From Caldimicrobium thiodismutans (GTDB taxonomy: Bacteria > Desulfobacterota > Thermodesulfobacteria > Thermodesulfobacteriales > Thermodesulfobacteriaceae), in assembly GCF_001548275.1 (NCBI RefSeq), contig NZ_AP014945.1:780001-812000 (forward strand): DNA of 32,000 nucleotides, given 5' to 3'. Shown piece by piece: positions 13,997-23,151 of this stretch (position 1 is its first letter; each line of letters starts with the position of its first letter). The notes beneath the pieces are model-generated. The model worked only from the letters and a program-made list of their open reading frames with translations. It ran no database searches and was not told the DNA's origin. A program made the translations under genes and the position numbers.

Positions 13997-15374
13997 ACCC
14001 TTCCAATCCCTTTTCAGAGAGCTCCTCCAGAAGATGATAGATATTCCCTGCCCCCATGGACATTATAATCAATTCAGAGCTGGCAAGCTTTTCCAGAAGC
14101 TCTCTTGCATCCTTCAAATCTTTTTCAAAAAAGGTAGGTCTTACCCCCCTTACTTCCTTTACAGCCTGATAAAAGGCCTCTCCAGAGATCCCTGGAATTG
14201 GCTCTTCACTGGCAGGATAAATCTCAGTTAAAAGAAGAATTTCTGGCTCCTTGAGGGCAAGCAGAAAATCCTCCCACAGGGCCTTGGTGCGTGTGTATCT
14301 ATGGGGTTGGAAGAGAAGAAGAATTTTTTTATGAGGATACAGGCTTCTTATGGCAGAAAGAGTTGCTGAAATCTCACGGGGATGATGAGCATAATCGTCT
14401 ATTAAGAGGGCCCCTTGAAAGGTGCCTTTATACTCAAGTCTTCTTCTAACCCCTGAAAATCCCTCTAAGGCTTTTAAAGCCTTTGATATAGGGAGATCAA
14501 GCACAAGGGCAACTGCTAAAGCCCCAAGGGCATTCTGGGCATTGTGCTTCCCTGGGACCCGAAGTCTAAATCTACCAAGCTTTTTACCTTTAAAAGATAC
14601 CTCAATTAAAGGAAAAGCGCTTTCTTCAAGGATTTTTCCCTGCAGATCCGAGCCATCTGAAAAACCATAAAAAAGAAAAGGCCCTGAGAGCTCCTCAGTT
14701 ACCTCCTTTACCCCTGGATCATCTTTGCACAAAATTACTTTACCCTCAGGATGACACCTCATGATAAAATTAGCAAAGGCCTTTTTTACCGCATTGAAAT
14801 CCGCATAAAAATCCAGATGTTCCTGATCAATATTGGTGATAACTTCTATAAAGGGTGAATAAAATAGGAAAGAACCATCACTTTCATCTGCTTCAGCTAT
14901 AAGAAACTCACTCTCTCCCAAAAGGGAATTACTCTCCACATTATTAATGACCCCACCCACAATTACAGTGGGATTAAGTTTAAGTTTGAGAAGCAGATGA
15001 GCAACCATGGATGTAGTAGTGGTCTTCCCATGAGAGCCTGCCACAACTATGGTTTTAGGATAGGCCTGCATAATTTCAGAAAGCATTTTAGCCCTGGGTA
15101 GAACTATCTTGCCCCTTTCCTTGGCAAACTTAAGTTCTTGATTTTCCTTAGAGATAGCTGAGGAATAAACCACAATTTCTACATCCTCAAGATGGGAAGA
15201 AGCATGCCCAAGAAAGACCTGTATGCCTGCCTCCTCCAAGGATTTCACATATTTACTCTTGACAAGATCACATCCACTTACTTCATGCCCTAAACGGTTC
15301 AAAATTAGGGCCAAACCACTCATTCCAACTCCACCAATACCTATAAAATGGATCTTTCTCTTTTTATCAAGCAT
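13983..15374 (-). CDS. murC: UDP-N-acetylmuramate--L-alanine ligase
   Basis: IHFIGIGGVGMSGLA, the P-loop VAGSHGKTTTTSM and IDDYAHHPREI are present. Confidence 0.95.
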   Translation of the reverse strand: MLDKKRKIHFIGIGGVGMSGLALILNRLGHEVSGCDLVKSKYVKSLEEAGIQVFLGHASSHLEDVEIVVYSSAISKENQELKFAKERGKIVLPRAKMLSEIMQAYPKTIVVAGSHGKTTTTSMVAHLLLKLKLNPTVIVGGVINNVESNSLLGESEFLIAEADESDGSFLFYSPFIEVITNIDQEHLDFYADFNAVKKAFANFIMRCHPEGKVILCKDDPGVKEVTEELSGPFLFYGFSDGSDLQGKILEESAFPLIEVSFKGKKLGRFRLRVPGKHNAQNALGALAVALVLDLPISKALKALEGFSGVRRRLEYKGTFQGALLIDDYAHHPREISATLSAIRSLYPHKKILLLFQPHRYTRTKALWEDFLLALKEPEILLLTEIYPASEEPIPGISGEAFYQAVKEVRGVRPTFFEKDLKDARELLEKLASSELIIMSMGAGNIYHLLEELSEKGLEGYAVA

Positions 15375-16464
15375 GTCTCCTTCCTTCCTGGAGAATTTTT
15401 TTCATCTCATCAATAATAATCCTTTCTGGCTTAGCAATATTAAAGCCCTCATAGGCTGAGCTCATCTGCTGTAAAAGGGAGTTATTTCTTAGGAGGTCAA
15501 GAACTCTTTCCAAAAAAATTTCAGGGCTTATCTCTTCCTGTTTAAATACCAGAGCTACCCCAGCTTTTGCCAAAACCTCTGCATTCTTGTCCTGATGTTT
15601 ATCTGCAGCATAGGGAAAGGGTATAAGAATAGCTGGTTTTTTAAGTGCTATAAGCTCTGAAAGAGTGGATGCTCCAGCTCTGGCGATAACGAGGTCTGCT
15701 TGCTGATAGGCCCAGCCCATATCCTCTATAAATGGAAAAATCTTTATTCTCTCCTTATGTCTTTCCCAGAGAGGCCATTTTTCATACTGGCTTTTTACCT
15801 TTTCATATTCCTCAAGACCGGTTTGATGAATCAGAAAAAGGGAAGGACTCTCTGAAAAAAGCCTATCAATTATCTTAAGAACTAAATCATTCAAAAATCT
15901 TGCTCCAAGGCTTCCGCCAAGGATAAGGAGCCCTGGGCCCTCATGCTCCCTTTTTCGTGAAAGGAAAAGCTCTTTTCTTACAGGATTTCCCGAGAAGATG
16001 GTTTTATTAGCTGGGAAAAAGACCGCACTTTCAGGAAAACTTATAAAGACTCTATCTACAAGCCTTGCCAGAAGGCGATTAGCCCTTCCAGGAAGAAGAT
16101 TTTGCTCATGTAAGGCACTTTTTATGCCAAGAAGTTTAGCTGATAGCACAACAGGAACTGAGACATAGCCACCCTCGGCAAGCACTGCTGAAGGAGCATA
16201 TTTCTTCAAAAGATTATAAGCAGAGAAGGTAGCCTTAACAAGCTTAAACAGGGCTCTTGTCTTATCCTTTAGAGGCCTTCCCACAATGCCTTCAACTTCA
16301 AGCTCTTTTACCGGAAAGGGTCTATTTTCCAAAATTTTCCTCTCAATGGGTCTTTTCCCTGAGATAAAAAGAACCTCTTCCCCGCTCTGCATAAGCTCCT
16401 CAGCCAAGGCAATGCCTGGTATGAGATGCCCTCCTGTGCCTCCTGCCACAATAACCCACCTCAA
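15367..16464 (-). CDS. murG: Undecaprenyldiphospho-muramoylpentapeptide beta-N-acetylglucosaminyltransferase
   Basis: AGGTGGHLIPGIALAEEL and ARAGASTLSELIALKKPAILIPFP are present. The start overlaps the murD stop (ATGA). Confidence 0.95.
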   Translation of the reverse strand: MRWVIVAGGTGGHLIPGIALAEELMQSGEEVLFISGKRPIERKILENRPFPVKELEVEGIVGRPLKDKTRALFKLVKATFSAYNLLKKYAPSAVLAEGGYVSVPVVLSAKLLGIKSALHEQNLLPGRANRLLARLVDRVFISFPESAVFFPANKTIFSGNPVRKELFLSRKREHEGPGLLILGGSLGARFLNDLVLKIIDRLFSESPSLFLIHQTGLEEYEKVKSQYEKWPLWERHKERIKIFPFIEDMGWAYQQADLVIARAGASTLSELIALKKPAILIPFPYAADKHQDKNAEVLAKAGVALVFKQEEISPEIFLERVLDLLRNNSLLQQMSSAYEGFNIAKPERIIIDEMKKILQEGRRHA

Positions 16465-17867
16465 TGATAAATCTCCCTCTCAGAATAGGTTTTCAGATAC
16501 TGTGGGGCATACTTTCTAACCAATTCCTTAAAGACCTCTCCTCTTTCCTGATAGTCCCTAAACTGGTCAAAACTTGAACAGGCAGGGGAAAGAAGAACCA
16601 TATCGCCTGGTGAAGCCACTTGAAAGGCTATAGCTATAGCTTGAGGAAGGTCTTCAGCTAAATAGGTCTCCACAAGCCCACCAAGATCTTCCTGAATGAT
16701 AAATCTTGCCTCTCCCATAAGAATTAGGGTCTTTACCTTTTCTCTTATTAAGGGAACAAGCTCAAGGTAACTTGCCCCTTTGTGTCTTCCCCCTAAGATA
16801 AGGATAAGAGGACCACTGAGCCCTCTTAGGGCTTGAAGGGTGGCATCTACATTGGTTGCCTTGGAGTCATTGATAAAGGTAATTCCACCATAGGTTCCTA
16901 CAAATTCAAGGCGATGGGGAAAGCCTGTAAATTCCTTGATTAAATTTCTACAAGCCTCTTCGGTTGCTCCCATAAGTCTACCTGTAAGAAGACTTGAAGC
17001 AAGATTGATACGATTGTGAAGACCAAGGAGTCTAAAATCCTTTAAATCATAAGTTTCAGATTCCTTCTGAAATCTGAGCACGATTTCCTCTCCTCTGAGA
17101 AAGGCAGATACTCCTTCTTCCTCAGTCTCAGAAAAGAAAAAGGTCTTTCCCTTTATCAAGGATTTGAATCTTGGATAAAAGGGCTCTTTCCAAGGCAAAA
17201 GGGCATAATCCTCATCCCTTTGCCTTTCAAAGAGGCGATATTTATAATAGGCATATTCCTCCATAGATGAGTATCTATCTAAGTGATCTGGAGTAATGTT
17301 TAAAAGGAGACCTAAGCGGGGAGAAAACTCTTCAATTCTTTCAAGCTGGAAACTTGAGACCTCTAGAACAATTTTGTCTACCTTTGTTCCAGAGAGCACA
17401 AACTCTGAAAGGGGGATGCCGTAGTTACCTCCGGTAAAGACCCTGTATCCAGAGAGCTTCAAAACTTCGGAAATCATTGCGGTAGTAGTTGTCTTCCCGT
17501 TGGTTCCGGTTATGGCAATCAGATTTTGCCTTTCTTCAAGGGTTAAGAATCTAAAGGCAAGCTCAAGCTCACCAATGACAGGGACACCAGCTGAAAGAGC
17601 AGGAAGATAGACTTCAGGCGCAACTCCCGGGCTAACCACTATGAGATCAGCCTTTTTCAGGGTCTCAGCCCTGTGCCCCCCTGTTTCAAAGATAACCCCT
17701 TGCACCTCCATAGAAGAAAGGTAAGATGGCGGAAGCTTTTCCCGTAGATTTGCCTCAGAGACAATAACCTCAGCCCCTTTAACAAGAAGAAGCCTTGTTG
17801 CTGATTGCCCACTCCTTCCAAAACCAACCACAACTACTCTTTTCCCTCTTAAATCCATATGCCTCAC
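16461..17867 (-). CDS. murD: UDP-N-acetylmuramoylalanine--D-glutamate ligase
   Basis: VVVVGFGRSGQSA, ITGTNGKTTTTAM and NDSKATNVDA are present. The start is either GTG 17867, overlapping the mraY stop, or ATG 17858. Confidence 0.93.
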   Translation of the reverse strand: MRHMDLRGKRVVVVGFGRSGQSATRLLLVKGAEVIVSEANLREKLPPSYLSSMEVQGVIFETGGHRAETLKKADLIVVSPGVAPEVYLPALSAGVPVIGELELAFRFLTLEERQNLIAITGTNGKTTTTAMISEVLKLSGYRVFTGGNYGIPLSEFVLSGTKVDKIVLEVSSFQLERIEEFSPRLGLLLNITPDHLDRYSSMEEYAYYKYRLFERQRDEDYALLPWKEPFYPRFKSLIKGKTFFFSETEEEGVSAFLRGEEIVLRFQKESETYDLKDFRLLGLHNRINLASSLLTGRLMGATEEACRNLIKEFTGFPHRLEFVGTYGGITFINDSKATNVDATLQALRGLSGPLILILGGRHKGASYLELVPLIREKVKTLILMGEARFIIQEDLGGLVETYLAEDLPQAIAIAFQVASPGDMVLLSPACSSFDQFRDYQERGEVFKELVRKYAPQYLKTYSEREIYH

Positions 17868-18943
17868 CTAATCTTTAAGGTGCTCAAAGCCAACAATCCG
17901 CAGATTACCGATATAATCCAGAATCTGACCACTACTTTATTTTCCTTCCATCCAAGCAATTCAAAATGATGATGCAAAGGGGCCATTTTGAAGATTCTCT
18001 TACCTCCTGTTAATTTAAAGTAGCCTACCTGTAACATAACTGAGAGGGCCTCCATCACAAAAACAGCTCCGGTAAGAAGAAGCAAAAATTCCTGTTTCAC
18101 CATCACCGCAATAGCTCCCATTACCCCACCCAGGGAAAGAGATCCCACATCCCCCATAAATACCTCAGCAGGATGGGAATTATACCACAAAAAACCAAGC
18201 CCTGCTCCTCCTAAGATGGCGCAAACAATAGCCAGTTCCCCTGCAAAGGGGATATATGGAATAAAGAGGTAATTAGCAAATTTAATATGTCCTGAAGCAT
18301 AGGCAAAGACTGTATAAACTCCTGCGGAAACAGCAAAAGGGACAATAGCCAAACCATCTAAACCGTCAGTTAGGTTTACTGCATTGGAACTACCAACCAG
18401 CACAACCGTTGCAAAGACCAAATAAAAAATCCCCAGATCAAGGACAAGCCTTTTTAAAAAGGGAAGATTGAGGGTAGAACTAAAGCCTAAAACCTGAAAA
18501 AGAAGGATATAAAAGATCCCAGAAAGAATTAATTGATAAAGAAGTTTTTCCCTGGCCTTAAGCCCAAGATTTTTGCCCTTCTTGAGCTTAAGATAGTCAT
18601 CCAGAAAGCCTATTCCTCCAAAACCAATCAGAGCAAAAAGAGCTAACCAAACAAAGGGATTGGTAAGATTACACCAGAGAAGAACTGAGGCTGTAATAGA
18701 AAAAATTATAATCACTCCCCCCATAGTAGGAGTCCCGGTTTTTACCTGATGATGAGTTGGCCCCTCTTCCCGCACAATTTGACCAAATTGCTTAAGGCGC
18801 ATATATTTGATAAAAGATGGCATAAAAAAATAAACTAATAAAAAGGCTGTGATTGAACCATAGATCATGCGAAAGGTGATATATTTAAAGAGATTAAAGA
18901 AGGAGATCCACTCACTTAAGGGATAAAGCAGATGATAAAACAC
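17864..18943 (-). CDS. mraY: Phospho-N-acetylmuramoyl-pentapeptide transferase
   Basis: It is a polytopic membrane protein with GTPTMGG, DDYLK, NLTDGLDGLA and APLHHHFE. The GTG start overlaps the murF stop. Confidence 0.95.
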   Translation of the reverse strand: MFYHLLYPLSEWISFFNLFKYITFRMIYGSITAFLLVYFFMPSFIKYMRLKQFGQIVREEGPTHHQVKTGTPTMGGVIIIFSITASVLLWCNLTNPFVWLALFALIGFGGIGFLDDYLKLKKGKNLGLKAREKLLYQLILSGIFYILLFQVLGFSSTLNLPFLKRLVLDLGIFYLVFATVVLVGSSNAVNLTDGLDGLAIVPFAVSAGVYTVFAYASGHIKFANYLFIPYIPFAGELAIVCAILGGAGLGFLWYNSHPAEVFMGDVGSLSLGGVMGAIAVMVKQEFLLLLTGAVFVMEALSVMLQVGYFKLTGGKRIFKMAPLHHHFELLGWKENKVVVRFWIISVICGLLALSTLKIR

Positions 18944-20334
18944 TATCTCCCCTCACAGAGTTTTTTTATAATCCTCTCCATTTTAAGGGCCCTTGAGCCT
19001 TTAACCAGAATTATGGCCTTTTCTTCAGTTATTACAAATCTTTCAAGGAAGTCTTCAAGGGTTGGAAAGACCTCAAAGGGCTTTTGCGAGACCTCAAAAC
19101 CCCGGGCATAAAAACTTGCCATCTCTCCCACAAAAAAGGCTTTATCTACAATAGATCCTGCAAGTTTTCCTATCTCCTGATGAAACATGGGGGCAAGATC
19201 CCCCAGCTCTTTCATATCCCCAAGGATAGCAATTTTTTTTCCAAAAGCTTCAGGTTGATCCCTTAACCAGAAAAGAGAGGCCTCCATGGAGCCGGGGTTG
19301 GCATTATATGTATCATCAAGAATAACATAATTACCTGCTTGAATAAGCTTTGCCCTCTCAAGAAAAGCTAACTCGCAAGGTAGCTTTGCTAAAAGCTCTT
19401 CAAGATTTAAACCTGCTGCTATGCAGATACCAAAAGCACAAAGGAGATTTAGCAAGTTGTGTCTTCCCAGAAGGGATACCTCAAAGGTATAAATTGAACC
19501 ACCATATTCAAGGGAAACCTGAAAACCCCTTTCTAAAGGAAGAGCTGAAAGGAGCCTTAAATCCGCTCCCTTGACCTCTCCAAAGGAGAGTTTCTTCTGG
19601 GGCATCTTCTGGGCTTGAGTTCTTAAATTTTCTTGATCATAAAAATAAACAATCCAACCAGAAGGATCAGTTTTCCTCCAGAGAGAGGTCTTTTCTTCAA
19701 GAACCCCCTCTATGGAGAGAAGCCCCTCTAAATGAGCAGGTTGAATACAAGTAATAGCTGAGACCTGCGGTTGAGTAATCTCAGCAAGCCTTTCAATTTC
19801 TCCTTTCACACTTGTCCCAAGTTCAAGGACCACCCAATCAAAATCGCCTTTCATAGAAAGGATACTCAAGGGAACACCAATCAGGTTATTATAGTTAGCC
19901 TCATTCTTAGCAATTTTAAAAAATTTACTGAGAAGTTCAGAGGTAAACTCCTTGGTTGTAGTTTTCCCACAGGAGCCTGTTATAGCAATAATTTTAAAAG
20001 CTTTCTTAACCCTATACCACTGAGCAAGATCCCCCAGGGCCCGCAAGGTATCTTTAACCAAAATAATGGAAATGGTCTTAGGAAGTTCTTCAAGTTTAAG
20101 CCCTGCAGGGAAATACTCAAGAATAAGACCTTTAGCCCCTTTATCTAAGGCCTCCTTCCAAAAATTGTGGCCATCAAAATTCTTTCCCTTTAAGGCCCAG
20201 AAAAGATAACCTGGTTCAAAAATTCTTGTGTCTGTGCAAACTCCCTTGAAGACAATTCCCATGTCTCCATTGACAAGGATGCCTGAGGTGGCCTTGATAA
20301 TCTCTTCAGTAGTTAGCTTATTTTCAACCAGCAT
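18943..20334 (-). CDS. murF: UDP-N-acetylmuramoyl-tripeptide--D-alanyl-D-alanine ligase
   Basis: ITGSCGKTTTKEF, DDTYNANPGSM and ILGDMKELG are present. The position follows murE. Confidence 0.92.
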   Translation of the reverse strand: MLVENKLTTEEIIKATSGILVNGDMGIVFKGVCTDTRIFEPGYLFWALKGKNFDGHNFWKEALDKGAKGLILEYFPAGLKLEELPKTISIILVKDTLRALGDLAQWYRVKKAFKIIAITGSCGKTTTKEFTSELLSKFFKIAKNEANYNNLIGVPLSILSMKGDFDWVVLELGTSVKGEIERLAEITQPQVSAITCIQPAHLEGLLSIEGVLEEKTSLWRKTDPSGWIVYFYDQENLRTQAQKMPQKKLSFGEVKGADLRLLSALPLERGFQVSLEYGGSIYTFEVSLLGRHNLLNLLCAFGICIAAGLNLEELLAKLPCELAFLERAKLIQAGNYVILDDTYNANPGSMEASLFWLRDQPEAFGKKIAILGDMKELGDLAPMFHQEIGKLAGSIVDKAFFVGEMASFYARGFEVSQKPFEVFPTLEDFLERFVITEEKAIILVKGSRALKMERIIKKLCEGR

Positions 20335-21805
20335 TCTTCTCCAGCTCCTCTAAAATCTTTTTTACCTCCTCCTGATCAGAGAAAGGATACCTCTTACCTT
20401 CTATTTCCTGATAGGTTTCATGCCCTTTTCCAGCAATAAGAAGTATGTCTCCCTCTCTTAGAGATTTTACTGCAACCTCAAGGGCAGACCTTCTATCTGG
20501 AATACAAAAATAGGGCTTAGTGCCGTTAAGCCCTGTTTTAATGTCCTCTATAATCTTTAAAGGGTCTTCATAGCGGGGATTATCTGAGGTTAAAATCACA
20601 AGGTCAGAAAGGGTGCCGGCTACCTTCCCCATAAGGGGTCTTTTGCCAGGGTCTCTATTTCCTCCGCAACCAAAAAGGGTAATGAGGCGTCCCCTTTTAA
20701 AGGGGAGAAGACTTTTTAAAGCATTTTCTAAGGCATCGGGGGTATGGGCATAATCAACAAAAATAAAAGCCCCCCTCTTTTTCCCGCAGAGTTCAAGCCT
20801 TCCAGGAGGATTAGTAAGGCCTTCAAGGGCATGGGCAATCTCCTCATCCTTAAAACCCAGGGCTAAGGCACATCCCCAAAGGGTGGCTACATTTTTGGCC
20901 TGATAATCCCCAAAAAGATGGGTTACAACCTCATAAATTCCCCTTGGAGTCTCAATCTTAAGCTTTAACCCAGGGGTCCTTTCAAGGATTTTGACCCTCA
21001 CTCCTTCGTCATTTACAAGAAAAATATCCTCCCTTTTAAAATATCCCATTTTTATAAGTTCATTATATAGAACTTTGCCATAATCTGTCTCAAGGGAAAT
21101 AATGGCCTTGGCTCCATTTTTGGAATAATCTGTAAAGAGCTTCTTTTTTGCAGAAAAATAGGCCTCTATATCTTTATGATAATCCAGGTGATCCCGGGAA
21201 AGATTTGTGAATGCTAAGACCTGGAATTTTAATGGATAAATCCTATCCTGATCCAGAGCATGGGAAGAGGTCTCCATAATCACATACTTAAGTTGCTCAA
21301 GGAGTGCCCTTTTCAGAAGAGGCGCTATTTCAAGAATGGATGGTGTTGTCTCCTTGGCAGGAATTCTTTCCCCAATTTCATAAAAGAGGGTCCCAATATA
21401 GCCTGCCCTCTGGTTAAGCCTTTCAAGGAGAGACTTTAAAAAAAAAGAAGTTGAAGATTTTCCGTTAGTGCCAGTTATACCAATAAGTATTAGCTCCTTC
21501 TCAGGTCTTTCATAAAAATTAAGAGCGATTTCTCCAAGGGCCTTACGAATATTTTTGACCCTTACCTGAGGACAAGGTAAGTCCTTAGCCAGAGGAGATT
21601 CTCTGAGAATAGCTACCGCTCCTTTCCTGATTGCATCTCCAATAAAGGCATCCCCATCAAAGGTATAACCCCTTCTGGCAATAAAAAGAAAGCCAGGCTC
21701 AACCTTGCGTGAATCATCAGTAATGCCCTTTACAATAAGATCACCCTCAAAATTAAAAACCTCAAGCACCTCATGCATGGGGAGGATCTCGCTTAGCCTT
21801 TTCAT
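20324..21805 (-). CDS. murE: UDP-N-acetylmuramoyl-L-alanyl-D-glutamate--2,6-diaminopimelate ligase
   Basis: GITGTNGKSSTSFF and VDYAHTPDAL are present. The DNPR motif (LTSDNPRYEDP) is typical of meso-DAP-adding MurE. Confidence 0.93.
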   Translation of the reverse strand: MKRLSEILPMHEVLEVFNFEGDLIVKGITDDSRKVEPGFLFIARRGYTFDGDAFIGDAIRKGAVAILRESPLAKDLPCPQVRVKNIRKALGEIALNFYERPEKELILIGITGTNGKSSTSFFLKSLLERLNQRAGYIGTLFYEIGERIPAKETTPSILEIAPLLKRALLEQLKYVIMETSSHALDQDRIYPLKFQVLAFTNLSRDHLDYHKDIEAYFSAKKKLFTDYSKNGAKAIISLETDYGKVLYNELIKMGYFKREDIFLVNDEGVRVKILERTPGLKLKIETPRGIYEVVTHLFGDYQAKNVATLWGCALALGFKDEEIAHALEGLTNPPGRLELCGKKRGAFIFVDYAHTPDALENALKSLLPFKRGRLITLFGCGGNRDPGKRPLMGKVAGTLSDLVILTSDNPRYEDPLKIIEDIKTGLNGTKPYFCIPDRRSALEVAVKSLREGDILLIAGKGHETYQEIEGKRYPFSDQEEVKKILEELEKNAG

Positions 21806-21806
21806 T

Positions 21807-22805
21807 TTATAAAAGCTTAATCAAAAAAGAAAAATCTTTTTTAATATCTTCCAATAAAAAGGGCTTTCCTTCCTCAGATTTTAGTATACCAGTGAGGACA
21901 TAAATAAATTCTCCTTTAATCTTAAGGTATAACCATCTTTCTTTTCCATAGGCAATCAGGCTTTCCAACTCAAGAGGTTCTGAAATTGAGGGACAGCGAG
22001 AATCCTCTTGGGGAAGAATAGTTGGTTCAAATTCACTACCACATACCCTTGCCAAGTAGGCCTTAACTAAATGAAGGGGGGTAATTCTCAAAAGATTTCC
22101 TTCCTCCCGGGCTTCATAACTTCCAAGCTCCCAGTTCACCTTTTTAATCTTAGCTGGAAAATCCTCCTTAGCTATTAAAATTGGCTCTTCCAGGAAATTC
22201 TTTTCTCCTTGCCCATAATATCCTATTAACTCGCCAGTTTTTAGACTAAAAAGGGCAACCCCATTTAGATCCAGGGCTTTATAGGATTTATTTAAATAAT
22301 AAATCTTTTTAAGAAAATTTGTATCAAGCGAGGTAAGGACGCTCTTCCCATTTTTTAAAATGGGTTCAAAGACCTTTTCCATCCCGGAGTAACCTTCAGA
22401 TTCTGCCATTCTTCCAATAAGGGGGCTTAAGCTCTGGTAAAGAGGCCTTCTCTCCATTGATCCCTTAATTATAACATCTTTAACTTCCTTTAAGACCTTT
22501 ACCTCATCTAAGGTTAAGGAGTTAGATAGAAGCACAAGTCCTTTCTTAGGGAGATCCAAAGTGCCTGATAAATAAGGTTTAACCTGTGGTGGAACATCCT
22601 CCCCCAGGAGAGACTTTCCTCTTATCAAAAAAAAGGCCTGATAGTTTTCTTTATTTAAGACTAAGGGCTCTCCTTTTCTATCCAGAATGTATCCCCTCTT
22701 GCACTCCAAATGGGGATATCCTTTTCCCCTGGCAAACCCAAGCAGGAAGGTAACCCCTAAAATCAAAATACAAAAAACCAAACAGAGATTAAGTCTGCAT
22801 TTCAT
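21807..22805 (-). CDS. Short PBP-like membrane protein at the ftsI position (dimerisation-domain-like, no transpeptidase motifs)
   Basis: An N-terminal TM (LNLCLVFCILILGVTFLLGFA) is followed by PBP dimerisation-type blocks. These are KRGYILDRKGEPLVL, GYSGMEKVFEPILKNG, VLTSLDTNF and FSLKTGELIGY. The protein is only 332 aa. Reading every Ser, I find no SxxK tetrad, no SxN, and no KTG in the expected C-terminal context. Confidence 0.7.
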   Translation of the reverse strand: MKCRLNLCLVFCILILGVTFLLGFARGKGYPHLECKRGYILDRKGEPLVLNKENYQAFFLIRGKSLLGEDVPPQVKPYLSGTLDLPKKGLVLLSNSLTLDEVKVLKEVKDVIIKGSMERRPLYQSLSPLIGRMAESEGYSGMEKVFEPILKNGKSVLTSLDTNFLKKIYYLNKSYKALDLNGVALFSLKTGELIGYYGQGEKNFLEEPILIAKEDFPAKIKKVNWELGSYEAREEGNLLRITPLHLVKAYLARVCGSEFEPTILPQEDSRCPSISEPLELESLIAYGKERWLYLKIKGEFIYVLTGILKSEEGKPFLLEDIKKDFSFLIKLL

Positions 22806-23149
22806 TTTAATTTAATAATGTCTCCTGCCTCAGGTTTTCTCAAACCAAGAACTTTGGCCTTTTCAAGTATAACCTCCCGTGAGGTCAATCTTTTAAGCTC
22901 CTCTTCCATAACCTGTTTTTCTAAAAGTAATTTTCTGCTTTCACTTTTAATCTTAAAATAAACTAAAGTTTTATAGGCAACTCCTATAGAAAGCACAAGA
23001 AAAAGGATAGAAATGAAGAATAAAAGAACTTTTTCTAAGGTTTCTATCAGTCTTTCCCTAAGAGGGATCTCTTCTTCCTTTTTCTGGTTTTTTTTAAGAG
23101 GAGAGCTGTAGCTTAAATCTGGCTTTAAAGTGTAAACCTTTCCAGCCAT
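22802..23149 (-). CDS. ftsL: Cell division protein FtsL-like
   Basis: It has a single TM (VLLFFISILFLVLSIGVAY), then a coiled-coil segment (KLLLEKQVMEEELKRL) and ILEKAKVLGLRKP. It lies between rsmH and the PBP-like gene. I place the start at ATG 23149, preceded by AGGAGGTG with an 8-nt spacer. The ORF-track GTG 23158 is too close to that SD. Confidence 0.75.
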   Translation of the reverse strand: MAGKVYTLKPDLSYSSPLKKNQKKEEEIPLRERLIETLEKVLLFFISILFLVLSIGVAYKTLVYFKIKSESRKLLLEKQVMEEELKRLTSREVILEKAKVLGLRKPEAGDIIKLK

Positions 23150-23151
23150 AC

